DNA from: Octopus bimaculoides
Lineage: Eukaryota
NCBI RefSeq assembly: GCF_001194135.2
Contig: NC_068998.1
Location: 35,156,433 to 35,220,432 of the forward strand
Reading direction: 5' to 3'
Length of the DNA: 64,000 nt
The notes beneath the pieces were generated by a model. It searched no databases, was not told the origin of the DNA, and saw only the letters and a program-made list of their open reading frames with translations. Within the stretch, counting starts at the first letter, position 1. Each line of letters begins with the position of its first letter. The translations under genes and the position numbers were made by a program. Of the stretch, positions 1 through 14,347 are shown piece by piece.

Positions 1-908
1 GTGTTCATATGTATTTGTGTGTATACACATTTATGTAATACATTATGCATATACAGACAAATCTACACATACACTTCATCATTCATTGTTATCATCATTT
101 TACATCTGCTATCCATATTGGCAGATAAGTATGTGTGTGTGTGTATCATCTATACACTTATTCATACAATGTACAAAGCTCCTCCATTCTCCTGTACTGA
201 TGCAACAGTGAAAGCTTGTCTCCTCCTGTGCATCTCTATGTGTGATTAGAGAGTGAATAGAGGTCAAGTTGGATTGAGAGGTCTATTCACTTTTGTCTTG
301 TGAAGATTGTCTTCATTTTATCTCATTGTATGTCCATTTTATATGCTGGGGTGTTGGATGGTTTAGCAGTCTTCAATGTTTTGGATGACCATGTCTCACT
401 CTAAGGTCTAACTTTTGGCATGGTTTCTACCACCGAATGCCCTTCCTAATACCAACTACTTACAGGCTGTACTGTGCAAAATTTTCAAGGCACCTGCACT
501 ATAGATGTTACCTTCCCATCAGCAAGTTTGTCAAAGCACAGGTACAGTATATAGGAGAATAGATGGTGAGAGTATATGACACTGTAAAATAAGCAACAGA
601 CAGTGGGTGATACATGCACAAAACAATAGGCAAGGGAGTGGTTCATGCCATGTTCCACTATTTCAACTGGTACTTTGCAAGCTTACACAGAAACTTGCAT
701 CTTTTGCAGTACTGCATATCACCAGTCGACATATTCCTCTGTCATCTCCTTCATCAGATTTATGCATTTAAACACTATACACAAGCACACACATACATAC
801 ACATGAATATGTGCTTGTATGCTTGTGTGCATCTGTGTAAGTGTAAAGATAAATGCAAATACATATGTATATATATGATTTATATATGAATATATATATA
901 TCATATAT

Positions 909-1032
<124 letters not shown>

Positions 1033-1057
1033 GTATATATATAAATTACATATATAT

Positions 1058-1241
1058 ATCATCATCATCGTTTAACGTCTGCCTTCCATGCTAGCATGGG
1101 TTGGACGATTTGACTGAGGACTGGTGAAACCGGATAGCAACACCAGGCTCCAATCTAATTTGGCAGAGTTTCTACAGCTGGATGCCCTTCCTAACGCCAA
1201 CCACTCAGAGAGTGTAGTGGGTGCTTTTACGTGTCACCCGC
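1058..1241 (-). mobile_element. Young copy of a short retroelement carrying an RTE-type 3' tail that ends in (GAT)n
   Basis: About 5 differences in ~175 bp from the copy at 52283-52530; the same tail ends the RTE LINE at ~47900-48073. Confidence 0.85.
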
Positions 1242-1959
1242 TATGTATGTATATATGTATACTTTTAAATATTTATGCCTAACACGGTATTTATTAGTTA
1301 AATTTGAAGTATTTATGCTCTCGTTGTTAAACCTTTAGAAAGTTAAAACAGATGTGAATTCAGCTTTTTATTTTCTTTGTACACAGAAAAATAAAGGAAA
1401 ATTGTAGTGACATGTTTCACAGTTCATTGACCTCTTATCAGAGGAGAAGTACACCATCATTCTTTTTCCCTAGGAAAGAACTTATAGCCAATAGCTTTTT
1501 ATACAGAACACAACTTAGAACTTAGCTGCAGTAGCTAAACTAATCTGCATACTGCACAATTGCTGGCGGCATATTTATATAGTTAAAATTATCTATGTAC
1601 AACACAGCGTGGATTAGAAAACCTGAAATATATTCAAAGTTGTTAAACTGCAGTTTTTAAGCGTATTTCTGTGGCACTTTATACAGATGTGAATACAACT
1701 GCTTGCATCTGTTGTAGATAGATAAATAAAGCTAGTTTATCCTGACATGTTTCATAGTTTCTGATTTTTGTCTGTGCAAAGAGAATGTTTGTTTACTTTC
1801 CAGAGCTTTCCATAGTGAAGTTGTTACAAACTGTAGTCTAGCTATTTTGATTTTAATATGATTTTCTAATACATGCTGGTTTTATATAAAAATAGTTAGT
1901 AAATAATTCATCATGCCATCAGTTAATTATGTGTGTGTATATATATATATATATATAGT

Positions 1960-2500
1960 GAGGTTGTGTGAAGTTTGCTTTCCATCCACAGGTTCAGTCT
2001 CACTGCATGGAACTTTGGGCAAGTGTATTCTACTGTAGCCTTGTGAGTAGATTTGGCAGATAGAAACTAAAAGGCAGCGAGCTGGCAGAATCGTTAGCAT
2101 CGTTTATGGCAAAATGCTTAGCAGTATTTCGTCTGCCTCTACGTTCTGAGTTCAAATTCCGCCAAGGTCGACTTTGTCTTTCATCCTTTCGGGGTCGATT
2201 AAATAAGTACCAGTTATGCACTGGGGTCAATATAATCGGCTTAATCCGTTTGTCTGTCCTTGTTTGTCCCCTCTGTGTGTAGCCCCTTGTTGGCAGTAAA
2301 GAAATAAGAAACTGAAAGAATCCCCTTGTATATGCGTGTGTATGTGTGTGAGTATGTTGTGTCTGTGTTTGTATCCCACCGCCACTTGACAACTAGTGTT
2401 GGTATATTTACATCACTGTAACTTAGCAGTTCAGTAAAAGTAACTGATAGAATAAGTGCCAGGCTTTGAAAAAGTAGCTTTTCCTACAGCTCTGGGTTGA
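1960..2500 (+). mobile_element. SINE (family A, head ...cttgcttcccaaccacatggtt...) interrupted by a second SINE
   Basis: Homologous to copies at 19975-20442, 21972-22418, 46470-46630 and 60950-61345; the body resumes after 2318. Confidence 0.75.
2074..2306 (+). mobile_element. tRNA-derived SINE (family B, gcagcgagctggcagaatcgttagc...gtcgactttgtctttcatcctttcggggtcgat...)
   Basis: Pol III-like head with a B-box-like gagttcaaattcc; flanked by the 12-bp duplication agaaactaaaag/agaaactgaaag. Older copies at ~31850-32100, 41685-41900 and 41955-42170. Confidence 0.8.
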
Positions 2501-2547
2501 TGGAAGCCTTATGTATGGATTTTATAGACGGAAACTGAAGAAGTTTG

Positions 2548-2591
<44 letters not shown>

Positions 2592-3321
2592 TTTTGTGCA
2601 TGCTTGTGTCTAGGTGTGTGTGTTTACATCTGCTTCTCACTTATCTGAAAGCCATGATTTTGTGCAGTGTTCCATTAGCAGTTCTTCTTCCAATAGATTC
2701 ATACTTTTGAAAACATTTCAAATAAGGGACCCCTTGCTCGATAAACTGGTTAGCATTAGGAACAACATTAAACTGTAAATCAATACCACAATAATATATT
2801 TGTCTCTCCCATGATAGCATGGGAAATGGATGTAAAAGAAATGAATGACAAACGAATATGTTTCTATGTATATGTGTGAACGTATGTATGACTATACATG
2901 GCACATGTGTTTATTTACATTAGTATTCTATGAAAGCTGCAATTTACAAGTTGTTTTTTCGTTGATACTTCTATCAATGAATCATCTGCTTACTTTGTGC
3001 CTTTGAGGATGTATGCAATATAAGATCCCTTATTTTAAAAAAATGTAAGGATGCCTGGCTGTAAAACAGTGCCTTGATAATACATAATTCATGCCAGCAT
3101 AGAGAAACAGATGTGGAGGTGAATGAAATCAAATGATATAATATAAGCGAACTTGGTCATGGAATATCATGGACTGAGAATCTATGAAAAATCCTTTAAA
3201 ATATTTGGTTTGGGAGTTCCGGGGTTTTTTGATGAGTGTGGAACCACCTCTTGGTCACAATTATTCCTAAGTCTACTCTGCCCCAGAATAGCAACACCTC
3301 ATCCCATGTCTTCCTGGCTCT

Positions 3322-3605
3322 ACTGTTGGTGCAAGGATAATGAAACTCAAACCAGCAACTCCTCTAATCCCAGGGAATGTCCTAATGGGATCTATTATTT
3401 TAAGGGTTGCTTAAATGGGGCCCCCACTGACCCCCACCACTATTTTGTGGGTAGAGGGTTTGGAATGGAGTATCAGATAATTAATACCAGGTGGGGGTCA
3501 GTGGGGCCCCATTTAAGCAACCCTTAAAACAATAGATCCCATTAGGACATTCCCTGGGATTAGAGGAGTTACTGGTTTGAGTTTCATTATCCTTACACCA
3601 ACAGT
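3322..3605. repeat. Long inverted repeat (foldback/MITE-like): 117-bp and 116-bp arms with a 51-bp spacer
   Basis: 3322-3438 is the reverse complement of 3490-3605, with 3 mismatches and 1 indel. Confidence 0.93.
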
Positions 3606-4247
3606 CTAGGAGGAATTAACGAACATAAAACTGTAATGGATAGAGAAACCACTCAATAATAGGCTATATTTATGTGTGCCTGTACATATGTGTGTGTTTG
3701 TATATACTGTAGATGCATATACACCTCTGAATACATAATATGAACTGAAGCAGAATTACAAACCTACAATAGGTTCACCATTTCATTGTACTGGATTTGG
3801 GATGATAATAGCAAAAATGACATCAACACAAATAACAGCTACAATAACCTCATAAAAAAAAAACTGGGGAAATATTTTCTGGGAACAGAAATTCTTCTCT
3901 TAAGGTCTCTAGCAATGATAAAGCACAAACCGAAGTTATATCCCTCATTTAGGAAATGTCATAAGCAACATTCCTACTAATTCATTTGATCTGCACCTGA
4001 TTTTCACATAAAGAAAAATTACCCAAAACTTTGAAAGGCTAAATGTCAGATCTTGGTTAGTTAAAAATGATTAATATTTTTTCTTCAAGTACAAAACCTT
4101 TTTTTAGTCAGGATTCACACAAAAATGTATGCACTCAAACCTTTTTCTATACAAGAGACACAAAGTAAGAAATGTTCCCTTTTCTTTTTTCTGTCTCTCT
4201 TTTTCCCTTGTGTTACATGTCAAGTTTACCTTAAGAATACATAAATC

Positions 4248-4718
4248 NNNNNNNNNNNNNNNNNNNNNNNNNNNNNNNNNNNNNNNNNNNNNNNNNNNNN
4301 NNNNNNNNNNNNNNNNNNNNNNNNNNNNNNNNNNNNNNNNNNNNNNNNNNNNNNNNNNNNNNNNNNNNNNNNNNNNNNNNNNNNNNNNNNNNNNNNNNNN
4401 NNNNNNNNNNNNNNNNNNNNNNNNNNNNNNNNNNNNNNNNNNNNNNNNNNNNNNNNNNNNNNNNNNNNNNNNNNNNNNNNNNNNNNNNNNNNNNNNNNNN
4501 NNNNNNNNNNNNNNNNNNNNNNNNNNNNNNNNNNNNNNNNNNNNNNNNNNNNNNNNNNNNNNNNNNNNNNNNNNNNNNNNNNNNNNNNNNNNNNNNNNNN
4601 NNNNNNNNNNNNNNNNNNNNNNNNNNNNNNNNNNNNNNNNNNNNNNNNNNNNNNNNNNNNNNNNNNNNNNNNNNNNNNNNNNNNNNNNNNNNNNNNNNNN
4701 NNNNNNNNNNNNNNNNNN
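4248..4718. other. Assembly gap (471 N)
   Basis: Run of N. Confidence 1.
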
Positions 4719-5873
4719 ATATATATATATATATATAATATATATATGCATACATACATCCATACACACGTATGTATTTGTGTATGTATGTATATATGTA
4801 TGTGTGTATATATGTAATTATGTATGTATGTATGTGTATCGTATTCAAATACTTTCAATTCATAGCACAGATACATACAGAATCATATTAAGCTCAATTT
4901 TTTAGAGTAAAGAAGAAGACAAGTCTCGATATATTTACAAAACTCTCAGTAAAAGCAAAATGATATTGGTTTCAACAACATTTTGTGAATACCATTACTA
5001 AAGGCTGAAATGTCAAAGGAAGGTTTTCTTTAGACCATTTCCTATCATTGACTGTGTCGTGTTTCACTTTGTAAGCTAGCTTTATTCTGTCTTTAGATTT
5101 CCTTCATATTAGTGTGCGTATCTTAGTGTTTATGTGTTCATGTAGTATATAGATACTTATATATATACATGCTACCTATGTATTTGTGTTTCATTTCATT
5201 GTGTTTGGTTTAGAAATCATGTCATTGGCCATGCTGGAACAGCATAAGTATCTATGTGCATGTATATGTATGCACACACACACAAACACACATTATATGT
5301 GTGTGTATGTGTGTTTGTGTGTGTGTTTGTGTATACACATATAATATGCATACACACATAGAGAGAGAGAAATAGATGCATAGATATAAAGATAGATATT
5401 CATATGCATGTATGTGTATATATATGTGTATCTCTATCTCTCTCTTTCTCAAATACACACACACACAAACACATATATATATACACAGACACACACACAC
5501 ACTCACACACACACACACACTCTCACACACACATGCACACACACACACTTATACTCACTGACAAGAAGATATATAAATTATGCATACATATAATTCTTTT
5601 CCTTGTTATATTATACTAGATTTGTTAGTTTCTCGTAGCTAAACATACTTCTCTTCCTGCTTAATAAAAGCAAGTTAGAGTGTTTGTTTATGTTTGTTTG
5701 ATACATCTTGTTTGCATGTTTATGTTGTGTTTACGTGTGTTTTTCTACCTAAAATTGTATAAACGTTTAATGTTTCATCATACGGAAAATATTTGCTTAG
5801 AGTCACTATGTAGTATTTGTATTAACTAAAAGCTGTTATTTCTGGTAATATTTAGTTCTCCCAATGATGATGA

Positions 5874-5907
<34 letters not shown>

Positions 5908-8599
5908 GGTGGTGGTGGTGATGATGATGATGTTGATGATTGTTTTCATTCACATTTTAGTTTTCTATTGATTCATGTTTTCATCATGTTTTGATATCCT
6001 CATGCTATATCTATTGGTAGTTTTCTTTGATTTCTTTATTCTTCTCTTTTATTTTGATTTTTCTGATCCATTATTTTAACAATTTAGATGAGTGATGGAA
6101 CAGCAGAAATGTTAGAGTGCCATACCAAGATTCTTGTTATGTTTGGTTGCATATTAACCACTTCCAGGGTTCAAATTATATTTACTTTTCATCCACATCT
6201 GAGTCAATAGAATAAGTATTACAATAATTTTGATTACAGTTTGGTCAATAGAGGAAAGGCCATTATTCATTATGTTTGTTGGTTCTCCCAGATTGGTGAT
6301 ACTGATATGGCTGATGCCCTGCCAAAGTCTGCAACAATTATGTCTGAAAGAGAGTGAACTACATTAAAGATAGCCATGGACCAGGTGGTGGCATTTTACC
6401 AGGTGACATGTCAATTAAACAGACTATGGGATAATTTTCTTATTGGATTGATAAAAGGAATACAATTCTGAACAGAATAAATGAAACAAATATCAGGTTT
6501 ATATCAAAGATATTATAGTGTTGATGAAAATAAGAATTTTATACATTATTTGGTTCAAATTGTAACACTAAGCCAGTAAAGAGAAAAGTGGATTTATAAG
6601 GGAGTGGCATACAAGAGAATGGCAAGTGGGGTGGAAGTTTTGATTCACAGCTAGGTAACCTTTATTTTTTCAAAAATGGTGCTGTTCTTTAGTTCTAAAG
6701 CATCTCTGAACCTTTGTGCAGAAAAACATGAAATGAAACTATAATCAAAGCCTGCCAGTTGTGATCATCCCATCTAATTTCCAGATAATATATCCAGAAT
6801 TACATTATGCAATGTGATCTTCCTTTAAGAGAAGCTGTTATTTGAGGGAAATTGAGCTGCTATTTCATGAAGGTTGTGTGGCTATGCAGTAGCATCCTTT
6901 TTTGTGAACAATGATCTACATGCAGGTGTAGTAACTGCCATAGCAACTCTTCAAAACTAAAGTTTTTCTCTTGTCTTACTGGATTCAGAATTCCACAATT
7001 TGGAAGTGACCTAAGTTCCTAAACAGAAGCCGTGTATCTCTCTTTCTTCTCTATAAAAACACTTGCTTTATTAATATAAACATTTCCAAGTTACTAAAAC
7101 CATCCCATTCATATTTCCATTGAAAACTGAAAAGTAATGTAAAATAGTTATTTCCTTTATTCTTCAAACGTAACCAATATTCTTGAATGGGAATGCTTTT
7201 GGCTTTTATATTTTCTTTTGGCTATGTGTTTCAACTAAATACAGTCCACTTACAAGAATTTTATAGAATTTCTTGGTTCCTACATTGAATTTGTTTTCCA
7301 AAAAATACTTGATATAAAAATTTACATTGTATATACACTCACATATACATACAAGTACGTTATATGTGTATGTTTGTTGGTGGGTGTGAGTGAGTATGCG
7401 TATTATATGTTTCTGTGCAGACACGTGTATGTGTATTTGTATGTGTTGTGTTGCATTCAGTGATACACGAATAGTGATGGTGGTGGAGGTGGTGATGCTC
7501 TGATTTTGTTGAACCTTTGTGTTGAAATAAGAAATTTGCTCATGTACAAACTATTACTATCAGTTTGAGTTTACTTTATAGTTATATGTAAAAATCAAGG
7601 TGCCATATAAAAAAACATTGGTGTGGATGCTGGTGCCATGTAAGAAAGCACTAGTGATGGTGTCACATTAAAAGCCTCCAGTACACTCTGTGGAGTAGTT
7701 GGTGTTAGGAAGGGCATTCAGCCATAAACACCAAACCAAACCAGACTATAGAATGTGATGTGGCCCCTGGCCTTGCTAGTTCCTGTCAAGTTGTCCAACC
7801 CATTCCAGCATGGTAAATGGATGTTAAATGATGACGATGATGTATGTGTGTTGTTGTTGGTTGAAGAGGACTATTGTAGAAGTCTTTCCAATTGTGACCA
7901 TCCCTATTGTGTATAACATACTGTATCTAAAGCAACTTTAGCTAATGTATCAGTTGATTGGTGCATAATTTGTTGGAGATTTGGCTGCTATTTTTAGCAG
8001 ATTGTGTGACTATGTGTAGACTGTCTCATTACTATGTGCGTGTGGTTATGTGTGTAGTGGTGTGTGTCTGTGTATGAGTGCATGTGTGTGTATGAGTGCA
8101 CGTGTGTGTGTGTGGTATATATGTGTGTATGTATGGTAAACAGTTTTCAATCTTCTGTAAAAGCATGTCCAGCCATGGGAAAATATTACTATACTTGGAA
8201 ACAAGTGAGGATTGGTGACAGGAAGGGCATCTAACTGTGGAAAATTTGCCTCAAGAAATTCCATCTGACCTCTGTAAGCATGAAAAGAGAAGCTGAAAAT
8301 GACGATGACAATGGCAACAACAACAATAATGATGATGATGATGAGGTGGAGGAGGATATATATTTAAATATATGTCTATACATATAAATAAATATACACT
8401 TACACGGATATATGCAAATCTGCATGTGTGTATAAGGACATACATATGGAATGTATGAGCTCAACGCTTAGTGAAGGTGGAAAAAGAGTGGATTTTTTTA
8501 TGTTTCAAGCATAGCTCTTCATCAGAGAGAGGAGGAAGAAAATTCTAGAGAAGGGAAAAGTCTAGGAAAAGCACGTGTAGCACACACACATATACTGCT

Positions 8600-8700
8600 C
8601 ATAGTTCAATTAATTAGGAAGAGAGTTAGCCTAGATGAGATGCAGTTTGGTTTCATGCCAAGAAGAAGCATTACTGATTCTATCTTCCTGGTGAGATAGC
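8600..8700 (+). mobile_element. RTE-clade LINE reverse transcriptase fragment
   Basis: Translates to RVSLDEMQFGFMPRRSITDSIFLVR, the QFGFMPGRSTTDAIF motif of non-LTR RTs. Confidence 0.75.
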
Positions 8701-10556
8701 TTTTTGTATGTGTGTTTACTGTTGTTAAGGTAAGATCAACGAAAAAATTATTCCGTCTAGTGAAAGATATCATTTAATGTACACAGTATTAAAATAAGAA
8801 CTACTAATAGTTTCTTGCCATAAAGACACTTTACTTTTCTTTTTCCATTTTTATTTAGCCTTTGTCTTATCATGTACCAATGTCCTGGTTTTCAAATAGA
8901 AGTAACCATGTGTCCTGAGCTTTAAGATTGCTTGAAGACTTAAGGCACATTATATATACTGTCAGTGGATCATGTGTCTGAAAAAGAAGCATGCTCTAAA
9001 AGTTACAACAGTAATGTATTTACATGAAGTTAAATATATGTCCAGGCATAGAGTGACCAACGGTTTCACATCCATAAAGCATTTTGCATATTAAATTACA
9101 TATCAGACTCCAATGGCAATGGGCACATAACCTCTCTTCAAATTGGAAGTAAAAAACCATTATGGTCAGTAAATTTGTAAACAAAAGAATAATATACACT
9201 GTCAGAGCCTTAAACAGGACAAGATATCTCCCTTAGACTGATCTGGTTGGCAAATCTTATGGACCTAAAGAGCAAACGGGGAATCTCTGCCATTAGGCTG
9301 GTTCCGGTCTGCAAGTACTTTTTACAACCCTAATCGGTGAACAGGGAATCTCACACCTACAGCAGGTAGCGTTTGAAATGGGGACAGGGGGTCTTTAAGG
9401 GTCCTTGGCTGCCCTGCTATGTAAAGCTTGCATCATCCGCTCCCGTTTATGTAGGACTCCAGCTGCTCTATGATCCTCTATTTAATTTCTTATGGAGTTC
9501 TTTAATCCTTAAGGTGCCACATATGGCTAGCCAGGGATGTGATGTAATGTCTTTCCAGAACACTAAAAGAGGACCTGTGGTTGCACAGGCATATATATAT
9601 ATATATATATACATAAATACATACACACACAAGCACATTTATATAATGAATAAAAGCATAATTCCACTAATAACTGTCTCCCATTCTAAAGAAGAGAATT
9701 CACTAGGTGATATAGATGCTGGTTGTGAGAATATTTCTCAACACATCTTTCTTTTTAGTAGTAGGATTTTGTTGGTTAATTAGCATCTGTAGATAAGATA
9801 GAATGCATCTAAGATCCACCTCAACATCTTCCTCTCTGAGCAGCAGCATTCCCTCCCATTCATTGATGACTGTGTTGCTAGCAAGGAACATTGGGTCAGA
9901 ATTTCATGAAAAGATCAGAGACGCAAACACTTGTCACAGCCTGAACACATAACATCTTCATCTTTAGTAACCTTACAGTCTTTCCAGCTTTACATTGTCT
10001 AGTTGCTTATAGTTTTCTATGGTTTATATGTTAATGTGAGGTATTTGCAACATCCCATATAATGTTCTGAAGCCTCCACCTAGAGCAGGGTGAAATTACA
10101 TCTGTGTAATATTCACATCTATCCTTCTAGGGATTTGTCCCTCTAATGGTTCAGTAAAGACAGGGCTAAATGCTGTGCCCTCTGGGTCACACTTTTTAAT
10201 TGCTCACAACTATAATGATTCAATCACTTTCCTACTGAAAGTTCTAATCAACAACAAAATATATTTTCAATTATTATATTATTTTAGGTTCCAAATAAAT
10301 TGGTAAAGTTTTTCTTTATTTTAGCCTTGTTTCTTTTTCATTTTTGTCAAAGAAAATAAATTTGTAGGGAAAAAAAACCAAACAAACAAATATATCAGTT
10401 AACACATTCAGACAAAATTAAAATCGTGAGAAGCTCAGCAGGCAGCCTTGTGTGGTGTGCCATCTCTTGCCATCTCTTTTATATTACATCTGCATTTCTT
10501 CTACTACCTATCAGCGAAATAACCAGAGAAAGTGTGTGTGTGTATGAGAGAGAGAA

Positions 10557-10618
<62 letters not shown>

Positions 10619-10866
10619 TGAAAGCATTCAGTTGTGTCAGATCATTGTTGACAAACAAAGAACTTATTTGATGGATGTCTATAATGTCTATTGGCAATTC
10701 AATCTAAGTAATTGAAGTAAAGAAAAAGAATGTATGTATAAACATACATATACACTCATATACCTCTATTCATATATATAATTACATACATACATATATA
10801 TATACACATATATGTATATATATATATATATACACATATAAACTCACACATACATATACATGTATA

Positions 10867-10953
<87 letters not shown>

Positions 10954-13900
10954 TCACACACACACATTTAGTAATGTATATTAAAATGGTTTTACCTTGT
11001 GAAAACATCGAACAGAGGACACAATATGTTGGGTATAGTAGATAGATATGTTTATTTGAAAATTTAGCAGTCTACTCTATATTTTGCTCCAGGCTGGGCA
11101 GTCTACAGCTGTCATTCAATGGAAGTGGAGATAATTTCAATAAATCAAGAATTTATTTGGTATTTAATATACACTTATTCATCTTTGTCGTTCAAATACA
11201 TGCCACTGGCTACTCTGAGCTATTTCTCTTCCTTCATTTTTGTTTTGTTTATGCAAATTACCTAGGCCATAAATATGTTCTACTCTCTTTTGCATATGTC
11301 TAAGTGTCCAGCTTGCTGCAGATCAGCTATTGTGCTGATGATGGCTATTGAGGGAGAAACAGACCACTTTCATTATATAATATATGTAATAAGAATGCAT
11401 TCCTTGGGCCCATTAGACCCTGATGATCACACATACACACACACATTCATACGCATACCCATGTATATATCATCATCATCACCATTATCATCATCATCAA
11501 CTTGATCATTTAATGTCTATTTTCCAGCTGGTATGCGTTGGATGGTTTGATTTGATCCAAGAGCCAGAGGACAGTGTTGATCCTCAATGTCTATGGTTTA
11601 TACGGCTGGATGCCCTCCTTAGTGTCATCCACTTTACAGAGTGTACTTGGTGTTTTATTCTTGAAACAGGCATGAGTGAGGTTGCCTAGTAACTACTTGT
11701 AAGACAAAGAAAAAGAAGAAGTCACTTAAACTGAGTAGAATTGTAGTAGAGAAGGAAGTGGCTGTATGCTGGGTGTTGAGAGGTTAAAGTATGATTGAAG
11801 GACAGGTGCAAGTGTCTTACTATAAAAGAGATACATGGCTATCTTGCGTTATATGGAAATAAGCAAAAGTAGCTGGAAAGATTGTGAAAGGAGAGTAACA
11901 GGTGGTTAGGGACGAGGGAAGAGGTTAATGTAATGAATGATTTACATTGGTAGAGGTGTGGTTGGTAGTAAATATCAGTATGAAGAAGAAGGTTTAAAAA
12001 ATTGCTCAAGAAGGAAGAGGGATAAGTGGCAGTCCAGATGGGGTGGAAAGCAGCCTATAGAAAGATCAGAAAGGAGAGATAGAGAGAGATATACAGGAAC
12101 GGAGATGAATGTCAGAGTTGTAGGGATGGCTATAGTGACTGACACAGGTAGAAGGTATTGATAACAGATATTGGGAAGCATAGGGGGCGATTGCAGATAT
12201 GAGATGGTGTAGCTTAGAAGAGAGAACGAGTTAACTGCAGGCACAGAATGGCATAATCAGAGGAAAATAAAGTGTAAAGAAATTATATTGAGTATGAGGG
12301 ATGAGATATATGGAGCATGAAAGAAGGAATTAAACATGTGAAGATTCTGCTTTCGTATGATTACAGCAGCTGAAAAGTGCAATTGTTAGAGATTTCATGA
12401 AGGGATGTGTGTTAGAAAGATGAGAGGTAGGGAAAATCTGATGGTGACAGACCAGATGAGGGGTAAGGAACCACTGTCTGTAGAGACATGAACCCAATGC
12501 TTTTAAGAACTCACTTTCAGTTTGATGGCCAGATCTTATTAAGCACAACAAAATGCCAATCATCTCAGTTCTTGTCTATCTATAACTGCATTGTGTGATG
12601 TGTCCTTCCTTTTCTTTAATGTTAAGATATAATTTGAGAACAACTTGTTTAATATTTTTACCAAATCAAGTGACTCCTTGTTTGCTTGTGAAAATCGCAT
12701 TACGCCTAATTGAGATAACAATTTACAGTTAGATCATTTGACTGAGTATTTTATAGTTAACCCTCTCTGCCTAGGATTCTGAATATTGCAAGTCATCTGT
12801 TATATATGCAATAAATTAGCATTGTTTTTCCATTAAACTTACCGTTTCTCTGAACTTTGCTATATATATTGTGTCAGATCTAGTTTACATGAAACATTAT
12901 TGCTGAAACATAAGCTACAGGAAATGGCAAAGGTCATTACAATATATGAAGAAAAGTAAAGCATTCATTTTATTCATCTCTGATCATGAAATGAATCATT
13001 TGAAATGAAACCTTAAATGCAAACAATATCATGTTTAACAAAGGTCAATGTATCTACTGGAAAAGCCAGGAAATTACTTATTAGAGAACTCTTCTAATCA
13101 AACATTTAAAACTCATAATGAGCTTTTAAACTTACAAAAGTTTATCAGCTTATTTCAGTGCCACATTCCCCCAATCCTAGTTACTGCTCTGCTCCTTTTT
13201 GCATATCCTAATGATTCCCTTATTCTGTGCATTTGTTGTTTGATTTTAAACTTTTTATTTAATGATTTAAGTTCATGTATCTGAGACAGTGCAGATGCTA
13301 CTTTCTCTCTCTCTCTGTCTCTCTCTCTCACCCACACATATGCACACACACATTCTAGATTATTTTAGATTACGTCCAGACACAGGTGCAGGCATGGCTG
13401 CGTGGTAGACGTTTAATTCCAATCATGATTATAGTTCCAACTCCACTGTATGGCACCTTGGGCAAACGTCTTCTTCTGTAGCCCCAGGCTGACCAGAATC
13501 CTGTGAAAAAATATCTACATAAAGGATTCCACACAAGTTAGAATCTTATCATCACCCTTAAAACCTCTTCCATATTAATGAATCCTTTTCTCTCAGATAA
13601 TTGTAACTCTTGAGAGCATAGCTGTTTAGGATTGGATCACCAGGGAAACTTATGTACATCATTGTTTCTTGACACTTCATCAAGATCCACTTAACTCGTC
13701 TTCCTAAGATGCTTGGTATATGTATATATGTATATATATTTTAGCAGGTGTGTGTGTGTGTGTGTAAGTATGTATGCGTTTGTAAAGGCAGAAGTAAAAG
13801 TCATCATTATCATCATCGTTATCATTTAACATCTATTTTCTATACTGACATGGGTCAGATGGTTTGACAGGAGTTGATAAGGCCAGGAGCTGTACTATGT

Positions 13901-14190
13901 TCTATTATCTGTTTTGGCTTGATTTCTACTGCTGAATGCCTTTCCTAGTGCCAACCACTTTACAGAGTGTAGTGGAGGCTTTTTATATGGCACCAGCACC
14001 AGTGCACTTTGTTGCTCCTCTAGATTTCCCATTTTGTGTTTTCAGAGAGCCAAATATATTCTTCTTTGATCAATGCTACCACATTGATTAACTGTTGCTC
14101 TGCATTTCGTTAGCCTTAAGGATGTCATCTCTAATATAATTTTTTTACATTTTGTATTATATTTGTCTTTCTGTTTTCTTGTTTATCCAG

Positions 14191-14347
14191 AGACTATACA
14201 CAAAGACCTCGTTTAACAGGAACGCCTGGTGAGAAAGAATTAGTGGATAAAATCTTTAAAACATGGAAGGAGAACGGCTTGACTGACGTTGTTATCACAC
14301 CATATAGAATTTATATGTCATATCCAAACATAACTCAACCAAATCAG
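14191..14347 (+). CDS. FOLH1/NAALAD2-like: NAALADase/GCPII-like exon (157 nt): (R)[52 protein letters not shown]
   Basis: Polypyrimidine acceptor ttttcttgtttatccag and donor GTAAAT. Matches the GCPII segment NFTQIPHLAGT...QWKEFGLDSV...YDVLLSYPNKTHPN. Confidence 0.92.

Noticed and set aside
6088-6210. ATG-initiated frame MSDGTAEMLECHTKILVMFGCILTTS as a possible first/transmembrane exon
   Set aside because: The sequence is a decayed family-B SINE head, and it has no good donor or GCPII similarity.
6456-6520. NTILNRINETNIR as a possible 'AENIK' exon
   Set aside because: There is an in-frame stop just upstream, the splice signals are weak, and splicing to 14191 would omit conserved residues.
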